A stretch of 64,000 bases of DNA from a bacterium (GTDB taxonomy: Bacteria; Cyanobacteriota; Vampirovibrionia; Gastranaerophilales; UBA9971), in assembly GCA_037147175.1 (NCBI GenBank), contig JBAWVS010000003.1:9864-73863 (forward strand). The letters are read 5' to 3'. Made by a program: the position numbers and the translations under genes. Shown here one piece after another: positions 48,352-57,506 of the stretch. Numbering within the stretch: the stretch's first letter is position 1; the number at the start of each line of letters is the position of its first letter. Under the pieces are notes generated by a model, which ran no database searches, was not told the DNA's origin, and saw nothing but the letters and a program-made list of their open reading frames with translations.

Positions 48352-48936
48352 TTAAATTACCCCTTTAGTAGAAGGTAATAATTCGGAATGTTCTTTATTT
48401 ATGCTGCAAGCGTGTTTTAATGCCCGTGCAAAAGCTTTAAATATAGCTTCAATTTTATGATGAGGGTCTTCTCCGTCAAGAAGCCTTATATGCAAGGTCA
48501 ACATACCCGCTGTGGCAAAACTTATAAAGAAATGTTTAACAAGGGCTGTTTCAAGATCACTTGTTATTTCTTCCTGAATATTTGCGGTGAAACCGCAAAA
48601 AGGTCTTCCGCTTATGTCTATTGAAACTTGCGCCAACGCTTCGTCCATAGGAATAAAAGTAAACCCGTATCGATTTATGCCTTTTTTGTCGCTCAAAGCT
48701 TTTCTGAAAGCTTCTCCTAACGAAAGTGCAACATCTTCAACAATGTGATGAGCGTCTTTGTCCAGAGAATTTACCTGAATATCAAGATCAAAATAGCCGT
48801 GAGAAGCAAGCTGCTCAAGCATATGATCAAAGAATTTTATACCTGTTTTAATATTTTTAACGCCTGTTCCATCAAGATTCAGATTTATTTTTATTTCTGT
48901 TTCAAGTGTTTTTCTCTCAACGCTCGCTGTTCTCAT
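48352..48936 (-). CDS. hisB: Imidazoleglycerol-phosphate dehydratase (monofunctional HisB); start placed at the internal ATG
   Basis: MRTASVERKTLETEI is a typical N-terminus. DAHHIVEDVALSLG and GEDPHHKIEAIFKAFARAL. GGAG 10 nt before this ATG. The GTG start in the track adds 11 atypical codons. Confidence 0.93.
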   Translation of the reverse strand: MRTASVERKTLETEIKINLNLDGTGVKNIKTGIKFFDHMLEQLASHGYFDLDIQVNSLDKDAHHIVEDVALSLGEAFRKALSDKKGINRYGFTFIPMDEALAQVSIDISGRPFCGFTANIQEEITSDLETALVKHFFISFATAGMLTLHIRLLDGEDPHHKIEAIFKAFARALKHACSINKEHSELLPSTKGVI

Positions 48937-48988
48937 AATTATTTGACTCCGTTTGTTATTTTTTACCACTTTAAAAAATTTTCAACTC

Positions 48989-48997
48989 TGATATAAT
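48989..48997 (+). promoter_or_regulatory. Extended -10 promoter element TGATATAAT pointing antisense into the hisC-hisB gap
   Basis: Perfect TGnTATAAT, the identical 9-mer as at 30931. No plus-strand protein gene lies downstream. Confidence 0.4.
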
Positions 48998-49000
48998 GTT

Positions 49001-49045
49001 AAAAAGGGCGGGCAGGTGTTGCAAGCACTTACCCATCAGAAGCCC
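49001..49045 (-). terminator. Intrinsic terminator directly after the 28-codon ORF
   Basis: Minus strand: GGGC-ttctgat-GGGTAAGTG-cttgcaa-CACCTGCCC-GCCC followed by TTTTT (complement of 49005..49001). Confidence 0.55.
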
Positions 49046-49113
49046 TATTTCGTCAAAAGAAACAAAATAATTTTCAGAAAAAGCTCTAGTACTAATAGGG
49101 CTTTTTCTATTTT
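49004..49113 (+). ncRNA. Candidate ~110-nt antisense RNA (predicted from promoter and terminator only)
   Basis: It starts about 7 nt after TGATATAAT and has a 5' hairpin GGGCAGGTG/CACTTACCC. It ends at stem AGCCCTATT (49041..49049) / AATAGGGCT (49094..49102), which encloses 44 nt, followed by TTTTTCTATTTT. Confidence 0.35.
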
Positions 49114-49131
49114 ATCCCTTTTTACTTGCAT
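49045..49131 (-). CDS. Candidate 28-aa hydrophobic peptide MQVKRDKIEKALLVLELFLKIILFLLTK (type I toxin-like or leader peptide)
   Basis: Translated codon by codon. It is preceded by GAAAGGAGGTGAT (49143..49131), a 13-nt perfect complement of the canonical 16S 3' tail. However, only 2 nt separate GGAGG from the ATG. The TAG stop abuts the terminator. Confidence 0.3.
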   Translation of the reverse strand: MQVKRDKIEKALLVLELFLKIILFLLTK

Positions 49132-49279
49132 CACCTCCTTTCCGATAATCAACTATTTTAAGTAGTGTGCCGGAAGTTAGTGAGTGGCTTCTTAGCCAAT
49201 AAGCAAGAATAAGCTTTTGCGTTTTAGTTTTTAACGCTCCGCTTGGCAGATTAAATTTTCAAGGTTCTTTCTTAATTTA

Positions 49280-51007
49280 TCATATCATTGCGGAAATTTT
49301 AAATAATTTTACCAGATCTTCTGTGTTTTGCAGAACTTCTTCTGCGCCATATTGAACAAGTTTTTCTTTAAGTTCAAAACTTTTATCCTGCGGAGGAAGC
49401 ACACCTATAGCTTTAATACCTGCTTTTTTGGCTGAAATCATATCATCATGAGTATCTCCCAGATAATAAGCATTCTTTGGCGAAACTGTTTTCAAAATTT
49501 TCAATAATCCGTCAGGCTCGGGTTTGTGTTTTCCTTCAGGAAGGTCTTCCATCGTAATTACTGGGCTAAAACAGTCCTCAAGTCCCCATCTTTTAAGCAC
49601 AAAATCTGCTTCCTGTGCGGGTCTTCCCGTAAATATCGCCAAATCATAATCTTTTGAAAGATTTTTTATAGCTTCGGGAGAAATAAGTATTTCTTCGTTT
49701 AAAATAAACCCGTCACCGTTATTTCCAAAATATAATTCCTGAAATTTATCTATAATTTGCTTTTTAGGAATATTGAAACCTGAATTTTTGAGCAAATACT
49801 CGGTTAAGTCCCAGTCATTGTTTAAACCGCCCAAATTTTTCGCATTTTGGATTTCTTCCTGCGAAATATCTTTCTCGGAAAAATGTCTGTAAGTTTCTTT
49901 TATTGCTGTTCGATAAGAATTTCTGGTATCTACAAGCACACCATCAACGTCAAAAACTATCAAATCTCTTGATTTAAGGCAATCAAGAATATATTTAGTA
50001 TCTTCAACAGAGGGAAGTGCTATTCTAAGGCAATTTTCAAGGTTTGCAGTTTTTTCAAAATTCTTAACTTTTATCCCTGAATTCAAAAGTTTTTTGTAAA
50101 TAAAATCAGATTTTTCACCGAAATCAACAAGTAAAAAGTTTGCATTACTTGGATAAACCTTTACAGCTAAATCTTTTAATCCGTCTGTGAGAAGTTTTTT
50201 TGATTGATTAACCTGAGAAACCACATTATTTAAGTATTCTACATCATCAAGCGCAGCTATAGCTGCTTTTACAGCAACGATATTTACACTATAAGGTCTT
50301 AGAGCCTTCTGTATATGCTTAATATTTTCTTTGTTGGAGATTATATAGCCGAATCTTAAGCCTGCAAGCCCAAAATCCTTGGACATTGAACGCGTTATAA
50401 AAACATTAGAGTATTTTTCAATTAAATCCAAAAAAGTCTCATCTGCATAATTGAAATAGGTTTCATCAATTAAAATATATTTTCCATTAGATGCTTCAAT
50501 AATTTTGAGCATATTTTCTCTTGATATGACTTCGCCTGTGGGATTATTTGGCGTAGTAACAATGATTAACTTGGTATTTTTACCAATATTTTCAAGTATT
50601 TCTTCAACAGGAAAAATAAATTTTTCCGCATAATTAATTTCCTGATAAGTACATCCAAGAATATTTGCATATATTTTTGGCATTACAAAGCTCGGAGTAA
50701 CTGCTAATACTGTATCTTCTTTCTCAACAAAAGTATCAAAAATATAATTTATCGCTTCATCAGCACCACTTGTCGGCAAAATCATATCAGGATCTATATT
50801 ATTAGCACTTGCAAGTTTATTTATAACTTCACCGTAAGCAGGATAGTATTTTATATCTTTTGCAGTTATCTTCCTGAGTGATTCTAAGACTTTCGGGGAA
50901 GGCCCCATTGCATTTTCATTCGAATCCAATTTCAACCTGTATTCGTCAACGCACAAAGGTATATCATAGCCTTTAGCTTCTAAAATACTCTTTTTGGGAG
51001 AAGTCAT
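49280..51007 (-). CDS. hisC: Fusion of histidinol-phosphate aminotransferase (HisC) with a C-terminal HAD-superfamily phosphatase (candidate histidinol-phosphatase)
   Basis: HisC part: NENAMGPSP, TPNNPTG, RSMSKDFGLAGLRFGY (PLP Lys). HAD part from about aa 347: FDVDGVLVD (motif I), IFTGRP (II), GKHKPEPDG (III), LGDTHDDM (IV). Confidence 0.9.
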   Translation of the reverse strand: MTSPKKSILEAKGYDIPLCVDEYRLKLDSNENAMGPSPKVLESLRKITAKDIKYYPAYGEVINKLASANNIDPDMILPTSGADEAINYIFDTFVEKEDTVLAVTPSFVMPKIYANILGCTYQEINYAEKFIFPVEEILENIGKNTKLIIVTTPNNPTGEVISRENMLKIIEASNGKYILIDETYFNYADETFLDLIEKYSNVFITRSMSKDFGLAGLRFGYIISNKENIKHIQKALRPYSVNIVAVKAAIAALDDVEYLNNVVSQVNQSKKLLTDGLKDLAVKVYPSNANFLLVDFGEKSDFIYKKLLNSGIKVKNFEKTANLENCLRIALPSVEDTKYILDCLKSRDLIVFDVDGVLVDTRNSYRTAIKETYRHFSEKDISQEEIQNAKNLGGLNNDWDLTEYLLKNSGFNIPKKQIIDKFQELYFGNNGDGFILNEEILISPEAIKNLSKDYDLAIFTGRPAQEADFVLKRWGLEDCFSPVITMEDLPEGKHKPEPDGLLKILKTVSPKNAYYLGDTHDDMISAKKAGIKAIGVLPPQDKSFELKEKLVQYGAEEVLQNTEDLVKLFKISAMI

Positions 51008-51027
51008 TTTAAAATTTACCTTTTATT

Positions 51028-52386
51028 TTATTCTGCTGTTTTTACCAGTTCTTTTTCAGGCTCATTAAATTGGGCAATCGCTGATCCATGAGCTGTCTTA
51101 CCCCAATCCATTGTTCTCTTGGAAAAGATTATCTTGAATATAATAAATGAAACAACAGGAACCCATACTATAAACATATAAAATATAGTTTCAGCCGCTT
51201 GTTTAGCTGCATCTAAAAGAGAAAGCCTTTTATATTTTCTTAAACTGTATATCAAGCCTGAAATAAAGAACAAAGCTATGGCAGGAATGATTGATAAAGT
51301 GACAAGAATGTTGTTTTCAATCCCTTTTATAAATTTAAATCCTTGAATACAATATTCTGAAACAAGCCATATAGGCAAAATAAATTCGGCTATATACGCC
51401 CACATATCAACACTTACCCTGAATGAAATTTCTTTTGAGAACATTACATCAAGGAAATAGTCCAGATATCTTCTTATGCTTCCCTCTACCCATCTTCTTC
51501 TTTGTCTTAAAAGAGGTAAAAAGGTTATTACACCCTCTTCATAAACACTTACATCAGGACATAATCTTATATCCCAACCTTTTAAATGAAGTCGCGTTGA
51601 AATATCCAGATCATCCGTTAAAGTAAAATTATTCCAGCCGCCTATATCAAGAAGTGCCTGTTTTTTGATAAGCTGACCATTTCCTCTTAACTCAACAGCA
51701 CCTTTAATACAGTCTCTTCCAAGCTGAAAATGTGTATCGAGAGCATATTCATTGTCCTGACATCTTGTTAACAGGTTAAAATCTTTATTGCTGATTATTT
51801 TTCTTGCCTGAACTGCACCAACATCAGGGTCTGAAAGGTATGTAATAATTTTTTTCAGAAAATTAGGCTTAACTCTTGCATCGGCATCAAATACACAAAT
51901 CACTTCCCCTTTTGTTACGGGCAAAATCTCGTTTAAAACTGCTGATTTCCCGGGAAAAGCATCTTTATCCCTGATATGACATTTTAAATTTTCATATTCA
52001 GCGGACAATTTTTCAAGGACTTTTGCGGTATTGTCAGTACTTCTGTCATCTATAACAATAATTTCGAAACTTTCATAATCTAACAAAAGAATATTGTCTA
52101 TTGTGTCTTTTATAACAAATTCTTCGTTATGTGCAGGAATTAAAATACTTACAAAGGGCTTATATTCTCTTTTTTCAGCTTCTATTTTTTCAAAAAGCCC
52201 TTTTTTAATCAGTTTTCGTTTTTTTCTTTTCTGATGATACTGCGCTGCCTGAATTAAAAGAGTATATAAAACCATACCACCAAGTAATATATAAATTGGC
52301 GAGGGGATCGGGATATATTTTTGTAAAATTATCAATATAGCCCAGGACAGTATAATTAATATTCCCAATACAAATCTGTCCTTCAA
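51028..52386 (-). CDS. Membrane-integrated family-2 glycosyltransferase of the processive (QxxRW) type
   Basis: Motifs: IPAHNEE, DDRSTDNT, VFDADA, GNGQL, QRRRWVEG. TM helices flank the catalytic domain. Confidence 0.85.
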   Translation of the reverse strand: MKDRFVLGILIILSWAILIILQKYIPIPSPIYILLGGMVLYTLLIQAAQYHQKRKKRKLIKKGLFEKIEAEKREYKPFVSILIPAHNEEFVIKDTIDNILLLDYESFEIIVIDDRSTDNTAKVLEKLSAEYENLKCHIRDKDAFPGKSAVLNEILPVTKGEVICVFDADARVKPNFLKKIITYLSDPDVGAVQARKIISNKDFNLLTRCQDNEYALDTHFQLGRDCIKGAVELRGNGQLIKKQALLDIGGWNNFTLTDDLDISTRLHLKGWDIRLCPDVSVYEEGVITFLPLLRQRRRWVEGSIRRYLDYFLDVMFSKEISFRVSVDMWAYIAEFILPIWLVSEYCIQGFKFIKGIENNILVTLSIIPAIALFFISGLIYSLRKYKRLSLLDAAKQAAETIFYMFIVWVPVVSFIIFKIIFSKRTMDWGKTAHGSAIAQFNEPEKELVKTAE

Positions 52387-52435
52387 ATCTTTTTCCTCAA
52401 AATTTATTTATACATTTAATTAATTGTAGCATTTA

Positions 52436-53623
52436 CTAATAATATTGCAATCTTGAGGAGTATTCTCTTAAAACTTCTGCCGCTTTTTTGCTTCCCTGAA
52501 TTTTTTTCGCCATTTCCTTGAATTTTTCGGCATTTCGCTTATATTTTGGATCATAAATTATTGTTTTTACCGCTTCAGCAAGTTTTTCAGGCAAAAGTTC
52601 TTCATAGCTTAGAGTTATAGCTACTTCCATTTCGCTCATTCGCGATGCATTATTTTCCTGTTCAGTTTGTTTTGCATCCGGAACAATGACCGAAGCCTTG
52701 CCAAGCGTCAAAAGTTCCATTGCTGTACTGTGTCCTGCCTGAGTTATAACCACATCAGAAGCTTTTAAATAGGGCGCTATGTTCGGAACCATTGCTTTTA
52801 TTTTCAAATTATCGGGAACGTCCTCAACTTCAAAACTTGTAAACACATCAAAATGGACATCTGGCATAATTTTAGCCGCCTCAATAACATAGTCAAGAAG
52901 AGGTCTTCTATACTCGTGTCCCCCTAGAGTAACAACCACATATTTATCATTTGGCTTGTCTATAGGTATAATTTCATTATCTTCAAAGGAAACAAGGGGA
53001 CCGACAAATCTTGTCCGCTTCTTAACCTTGAAATTATGGCTTAAATTTGGCAAACAAACCGTATAAGGCGGAGGAAAATCAGGAATCATAATTTCTTCAG
53101 AAGAACTGAGCCAGGTTTTCATAACCCAGTCAAAAGATCTCCCGAATACCCTTACTAAAGCAGTATCCTGCTCGAAAAACGGATAAAAAGCGCTCTGGTT
53201 GGTTATAACGACACAAGGAAGTCCTAATTTGTCTGCCGCCATAACAGGCGCAAGCCTTCCGTCTGCAACAACACACGAAGCCCTACTGTCTCTTATTATC
53301 TCTATTTCTTTTTTTACAATACTGTTGAACGTATAAGCCCAAGTATGATTTTTTATTATGGTTTTTTTAACGTCAAATTCTCCTTGTTCACCAACGAGCT
53401 TCAACTCCTGAGGCAACTCAATGCAAGGATAACCGGCATATTTAAATCTTTCTAAAGCATAACTGTAAGTTCCAACCAATATTTCGTTTCCGGGGAATTG
53501 GCGTGCAATAGCCATAGCTCTGCTTGAATGCCCATAACCTTCGCTGCTTATCGAAAGATAAACTTTATGAGAAGGATTTAATTTTTTTTTCTTTAAAAAT
53601 TTATATGCATTAAAGAATGACAC
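52436..53623 (-). CDS. GT-B fold glycosyltransferase (MGT / GT28 C-terminal-like)
   Basis: N-terminal GYGHSSRA and C-terminal ITQAGHSTAMELLTLGKASVIVP nucleotide-sugar binding pattern. Confidence 0.7.
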   Translation of the reverse strand: MSFFNAYKFLKKKKLNPSHKVYLSISSEGYGHSSRAMAIARQFPGNEILVGTYSYALERFKYAGYPCIELPQELKLVGEQGEFDVKKTIIKNHTWAYTFNSIVKKEIEIIRDSRASCVVADGRLAPVMAADKLGLPCVVITNQSAFYPFFEQDTALVRVFGRSFDWVMKTWLSSSEEIMIPDFPPPYTVCLPNLSHNFKVKKRTRFVGPLVSFEDNEIIPIDKPNDKYVVVTLGGHEYRRPLLDYVIEAAKIMPDVHFDVFTSFEVEDVPDNLKIKAMVPNIAPYLKASDVVITQAGHSTAMELLTLGKASVIVPDAKQTEQENNASRMSEMEVAITLSYEELLPEKLAEAVKTIIYDPKYKRNAEKFKEMAKKIQGSKKAAEVLREYSSRLQYY

Positions 53624-53654
53624 TTTTAAATTTTAACTCCATGAAGTTCTTTTT

Positions 53655-55028
53655 TTACTCAGTTTTCTCTCTATTTTTTAAAATACCCCAAACACCAAAT
53701 AGCGCAACAGGAATTCCAACCAAAAATAAAATTTTAACAACTCCAATTAAATCCGCAGCATAAGCTGCTATTATAATCGGTAAAGTTGAAGAAGTACTAA
53801 GTAATGTAAACTGGACCCCAAAAACTTTTCCTCGCATAGATTCAGGCACTTGTGTATGCAAAATTGTTTGAACAGGAATGGCTGACATCGCACATCCAAA
53901 TCCTAATAAAGCTGCGAAAACATAACAATATACCATTCTTAAAGTAAATTTAACTGCCTCAAAATAAATTCCTGCAATGTGTCCTTCCGGAATAATTACA
54001 TGTAAACCCTGAGGAATAAGTTTTAAAGCTGTTAAAAATACCAGACTCACTCCTATAATAGTAAAACCCGTAAAAGTCGTGAGAAGTTTTTTTTGTTTTT
54101 TAAAGAATTTACCTACTATTAATGAACCAATAACCATCCCCAATCCGCTGAAGGCAACTATATAAACAAACTTTTGAGCTCCGAGTGCGAGTTGGTTAGG
54201 ATAAAGAATTTGCTGACTAATGCTTATCGAAAGAATACAGAGCATTACTATTATAGAAAACAATGCAGAAAGCTTTAACATGGCGTTTAAAACAATTGGA
54301 TTGCTTTTTATATAAGCAAAGCCTTCTTTAAGTTCATCCGTAAACTCTTTAAAGGTCTTGTGCTGGTTTTTTTCGGCTTCTGTAGGTTTATATTTCAAAA
54401 ACAAAAGAGATATTGTAGAAAGCACAAAAAGTGATGAAATAGCTATATAAACTTCTTTAAGTCCAAAAATATTGATTAAAGGGTCTCCAAGAACGAATCC
54501 GAAAATAATTGATCCCATCATTGTAGCTGTAAAGAGTGAATTTGCAGATAAAAGCTGGCTCTTTTTTACTGTTGTCGGGATTGTACTAGCTTCTGCAGGT
54601 ACAAAAAATTGTGTTATGGCAGAAACAACAAAAGCAAGAGCGTAAATCCCAAACAATGATTTGCTAAACAAAGGCAATAATGCTATTAAAAAAGCTCTTG
54701 CGATGTTTGTAACAATAAGAATATGCTTTTTGTTCCATTTGTCTATAAAAACTCCGGCAACCGCAGTTAATAACACTGCAGGGATTGTAAATGCGACATA
54801 CAATAAACTTTGAGGGGTAGTTGATGTAGAAATAAATTTGCTTGCTATCACAGCAACAAAAACCACAAAAATTACCCTGTCCGCAAGTTGAGAAAAAATC
54901 TGTGCTATCCATAACGCCAGAAAATTTTTATTTTTAAGTACAGACCTGTACCCATCAGGTTTTATATGGTTATTTTCGTTTATTTCTTCTTTCACAGTTT
55001 CTTTTACTTCTTGATCTTTTGTCAACAT
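53655..55028 (-). CDS. MFS transporter (12 TM)
   Basis: FLALWIAQIFSQLADRV start typical of the MFS_3/EntS-like group. Hydrophobic periodicity throughout. 7-nt overlap with recO. Confidence 0.8.
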   Translation of the reverse strand: MLTKDQEVKETVKEEINENNHIKPDGYRSVLKNKNFLALWIAQIFSQLADRVIFVVFVAVIASKFISTSTTPQSLLYVAFTIPAVLLTAVAGVFIDKWNKKHILIVTNIARAFLIALLPLFSKSLFGIYALAFVVSAITQFFVPAEASTIPTTVKKSQLLSANSLFTATMMGSIIFGFVLGDPLINIFGLKEVYIAISSLFVLSTISLLFLKYKPTEAEKNQHKTFKEFTDELKEGFAYIKSNPIVLNAMLKLSALFSIIVMLCILSISISQQILYPNQLALGAQKFVYIVAFSGLGMVIGSLIVGKFFKKQKKLLTTFTGFTIIGVSLVFLTALKLIPQGLHVIIPEGHIAGIYFEAVKFTLRMVYCYVFAALLGFGCAMSAIPVQTILHTQVPESMRGKVFGVQFTLLSTSSTLPIIIAAYAADLIGVVKILFLVGIPVALFGVWGILKNREKTE

Positions 55029-55780
55029 AACGCTTCAATCATTTCCGGTGTTTTAAGTTTCTTATCCGACCTTACAGAAACATATTCCTTCATTATATTA
55101 AAACACGAATAGAGCAGTGTTCTGTCAAAACATTCCTTGTCTTCGGGGAAATCATATATTTGTGCATCTCTAAACACATTAAGATGTCTCTTGTCTATTT
55201 GCAAAGTTTTAGGGGTATTTGCATTGCAATCGCTGCAAACAACTCCACCTGCTTCAGGGCTGATAAAATGATAACCGCCAAAATTATGCTCTGATTCATT
55301 ACATTTTACGCATTGATTAATTTCTGCTGCATAACCGATTGCTTCCATGAGCCTGAGTTTAAATCTAATAACTGTCCATAAAATTTCTTCTAGAGATGAA
55401 AAAATTGAAATATTTTTTAATGCTTCAAATGAAATATCATAAATATTTTTGCAATTAGCATCGCTTTCAAGCCCAAAATTTGTTATAAGTTCAGCGCAAT
55501 AAAAAGAATAAATAAGTTTCGTCATGTCATTGCGAAGACTCGAAAAGCTTTCTACAACTTCTGCCTGACAAACTATATCCAGATTTCTTCCCTTTGCAAG
55601 AAGCAAATTATTCGCGATAAGAAGCTGCATTCTGCCGCCAAGAGTGCTTGAAGATTTTTTAACACCTTTTGCCACGCATCTGATTAATCCATGTTCCCTC
55701 GAGTACATGACCATAATTTTATCTGATTCGCCAAGAGTATATGATTTTAAATTTATAGCCTGAGTTTTATAATTTGCCAT
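55022..55780 (-). CDS. recO: DNA repair protein RecO
   Basis: N-terminal OB-fold pattern (LKSYTLGESDKIMVMYSREHGLIRCVAKG). C-terminal Cys pairs CVKC...CSDC (zinc finger). Confidence 0.9.
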   Translation of the reverse strand: MANYKTQAINLKSYTLGESDKIMVMYSREHGLIRCVAKGVKKSSSTLGGRMQLLIANNLLLAKGRNLDIVCQAEVVESFSSLRNDMTKLIYSFYCAELITNFGLESDANCKNIYDISFEALKNISIFSSLEEILWTVIRFKLRLMEAIGYAAEINQCVKCNESEHNFGGYHFISPEAGGVVCSDCNANTPKTLQIDKRHLNVFRDAQIYDFPEDKECFDRTLLYSCFNIMKEYVSVRSDKKLKTPEMIEALC

Positions 55781-55812
55781 TTAATTTCTCAAAAAACATT
55801 TAATCTACTTAA

Positions 55813-55821
55813 ATTCTAGCA
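55813..55821 (-). promoter_or_regulatory. Extended -10 element TGCTAGAAT upstream of recO
   Basis: Read on the minus strand, about 33 nt upstream of the recO ATG. Confidence 0.35.
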
Positions 55822-55981
55822 TAATTCAGATAAAAAATATGATTTTTATAAGTTTATAAAGCAATTTGTACATAAACGAACGCTGGATTATTACAAAATG
55901 TAAAGATTTTATTTTTTGATATCAACTTTTATTTTTACAGTTGTTAAGCATAATGAGACTTAAAAAAGGAACATTAAAATA

Positions 55982-57184
55982 ATGAATATCACTAACAGTA
56001 ATAAAATAACCATTGGTTTTAACGCAAATAAAATACCATATAACACAGCAAGACCGATAGAAGAAAGAATTAATAAAGCATCTGTTGTAGATATATACTG
56101 CCATAAATCTCCTGATGATGATACTTTAAGCTCAGCACAACCACTTGCAAGATGGCTCAAATCAAAAAATAAAATTGCACGTGTCATAGCGGATGGTGAT
56201 TTAAAAGGAAGCTATATAAGTGAGGATATTACTGTAACTTCACCAAAAATGCTGGGAACCAAAGGAGATCTTGCTATTATTGTTGATTTTAACGATTTAT
56301 CAAGAGCCTCAACTGAAACAGCAAAATTACTGGAACAATATAAGCCCGAAAACATCGTCGGATTTGACCATCATACAACTAATGAAAATCCGGTAAAATC
56401 TTCCCCTAATGCGCCTATTTATATTGATACAACGGCAAAATCCTGTTCAAGTATAATTTTTAGATTTTTTGAAAGTTTAAAAATAAAGCTTGATAACGAA
56501 AGTTTGTTAAATCTGTTTTGTGGAATGTCCGATGATTTCAAAAAATCGGGATTGGTTGATATTTCTTCGACAAAAATAAATAAAACGCCTAAAATGCTCG
56601 AACATCCGACATCTAAAGAAGTCTTTGAGCAGATAGAAAACGCTCTGCCGGAAGGAGACAGGAATAAAATTATAAAGAACTTTAATATTCTTGAGAATTT
56701 AAACATTAAAGAAAAAGCTTTTCAAAACAAACTTTTTACTGAAAAAATTCAGTTCAGCCCGAGTAAAAAACTGGCATACATAATTATAGAACCGCAAGAC
56801 AAAGAATGGATAGATTTAGGACAGGATAATAAAGTAACCAGCCGCATTCTGGGTGATTTTAGACGGCGAATACTGGCAAATAATCCTGATGACAGCTTAA
56901 TCTCTCCACAAATTAAAAATAAGCTAAATAATGTTCAGGCAGTAATCACGTTTTACAGAGGCTCAAAACAGTTGAACCCTGCCGATGATGTTTACCAGAT
57001 GAGCATTCTTTCAAAAGACGATTCAGCAATGAAAATATCAACTAAAGCTCTAATGTTGGGAAACAAAGAATTTGATGCCGGCGGACACCCTAACCGCTGC
57101 GGAGGAAGGATATCTTCAATCGATGAACACAAATGCACTCATTTTGTAAAATGCTTTATTGATGCAGCTGAAGAAATTCTTTAA
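55982..57184 (+). CDS. DHH/DHHA1-family phosphoesterase (NrnA-like nanoRNase/pAp phosphatase) with N-terminal extension
   Basis: Motifs: HKSPDDDTLSS (motif I), IIVDFND (II), GFDHHTTN (DHH), GGHPNRCGG (DHHA1 GGGH-like). Confidence 0.7.
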   Translation: MNITNSNKITIGFNANKIPYNTARPIEERINKASVVDIYCHKSPDDDTLSSAQPLARWLKSKNKIARVIADGDLKGSYISEDITVTSPKMLGTKGDLAIIVDFNDLSRASTETAKLLEQYKPENIVGFDHHTTNENPVKSSPNAPIYIDTTAKSCSSIIFRFFESLKIKLDNESLLNLFCGMSDDFKKSGLVDISSTKINKTPKMLEHPTSKEVFEQIENALPEGDRNKIIKNFNILENLNIKEKAFQNKLFTEKIQFSPSKKLAYIIIEPQDKEWIDLGQDNKVTSRILGDFRRRILANNPDDSLISPQIKNKLNNVQAVITFYRGSKQLNPADDVYQMSILSKDDSAMKISTKALMLGNKEFDAGGHPNRCGGRISSIDEHKCTHFVKCFIDAAEEIL

Positions 57185-57225
57185 AACAAATCTAAACTCC
57201 ACTCAATTCAAATATATTAATGCTT

Positions 57226-57248
57226 AAAAAAAAACCCGCATGAGCGGG
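57226..57248 (-). terminator. Intrinsic terminator of the small membrane-protein gene
   Basis: Minus strand: CCCGC-tcat-GCGGG followed by T9. Confidence 0.5.
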
Positions 57249-57341
57249 CAAATAAGTAGAGGTCAATTTGTTTCTATAAAAATTAAAAGAAGTAATTGGA
57301 ATTTATTTTATAAATTAGTTTAATCTTTAATGTTTCGCTTA

Positions 57342-57476
57342 TTACTTTGCATTTTCATAATATCCGTTTGTTGAGTCAAAACCACTCTGAATTGTTGCTA
57401 AAAGCGGAATCATAACCAAAATAATCAATATAAAGGTAATCAAAAAAAATGAAATTTTTTGAATCTCTTGTTGCAT
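57342..57476 (-). CDS. Small single-TM protein, 44 aa (MQQEIQKISFFLITFILIILVMIPLLATIQSGFDSTNGYYENAK)
   Basis: It has its own promoter (57507..57535) and terminator (57226..57248). The SD (AGGGTG) is weak. Confidence 0.45.
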   Translation of the reverse strand: MQQEIQKISFFLITFILIILVMIPLLATIQSGFDSTNGYYENAK

Positions 57477-57506
57477 ATTCCGGCACCCTATCTTAATCAT
57501 ATATTA

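Noticed and set aside
48937-48969. GTG start of hisB given by the ORF track
   Set aside because: It adds MVKNNKRSQII in front of the family-typical MRTASVERKTLET, which has GGAG 10 nt upstream.
48937-49279. Identification of the hisC-hisB gap as a T-box leader, a classical his leader-peptide attenuator, SRP RNA or 6S RNA
   Set aside because: - T-box: no conserved GGGTGGNACCGCG core. AAATAGGG...TGGGTAAGTGC is only a loose resemblance.
- his leader-peptide attenuator: the 28-codon ORF has no His codons.
- SRP RNA: no helix-8 motif (GGAA tetraloop with AGCAGC) could be aligned.
- 6S RNA: cannot be judged by eye.
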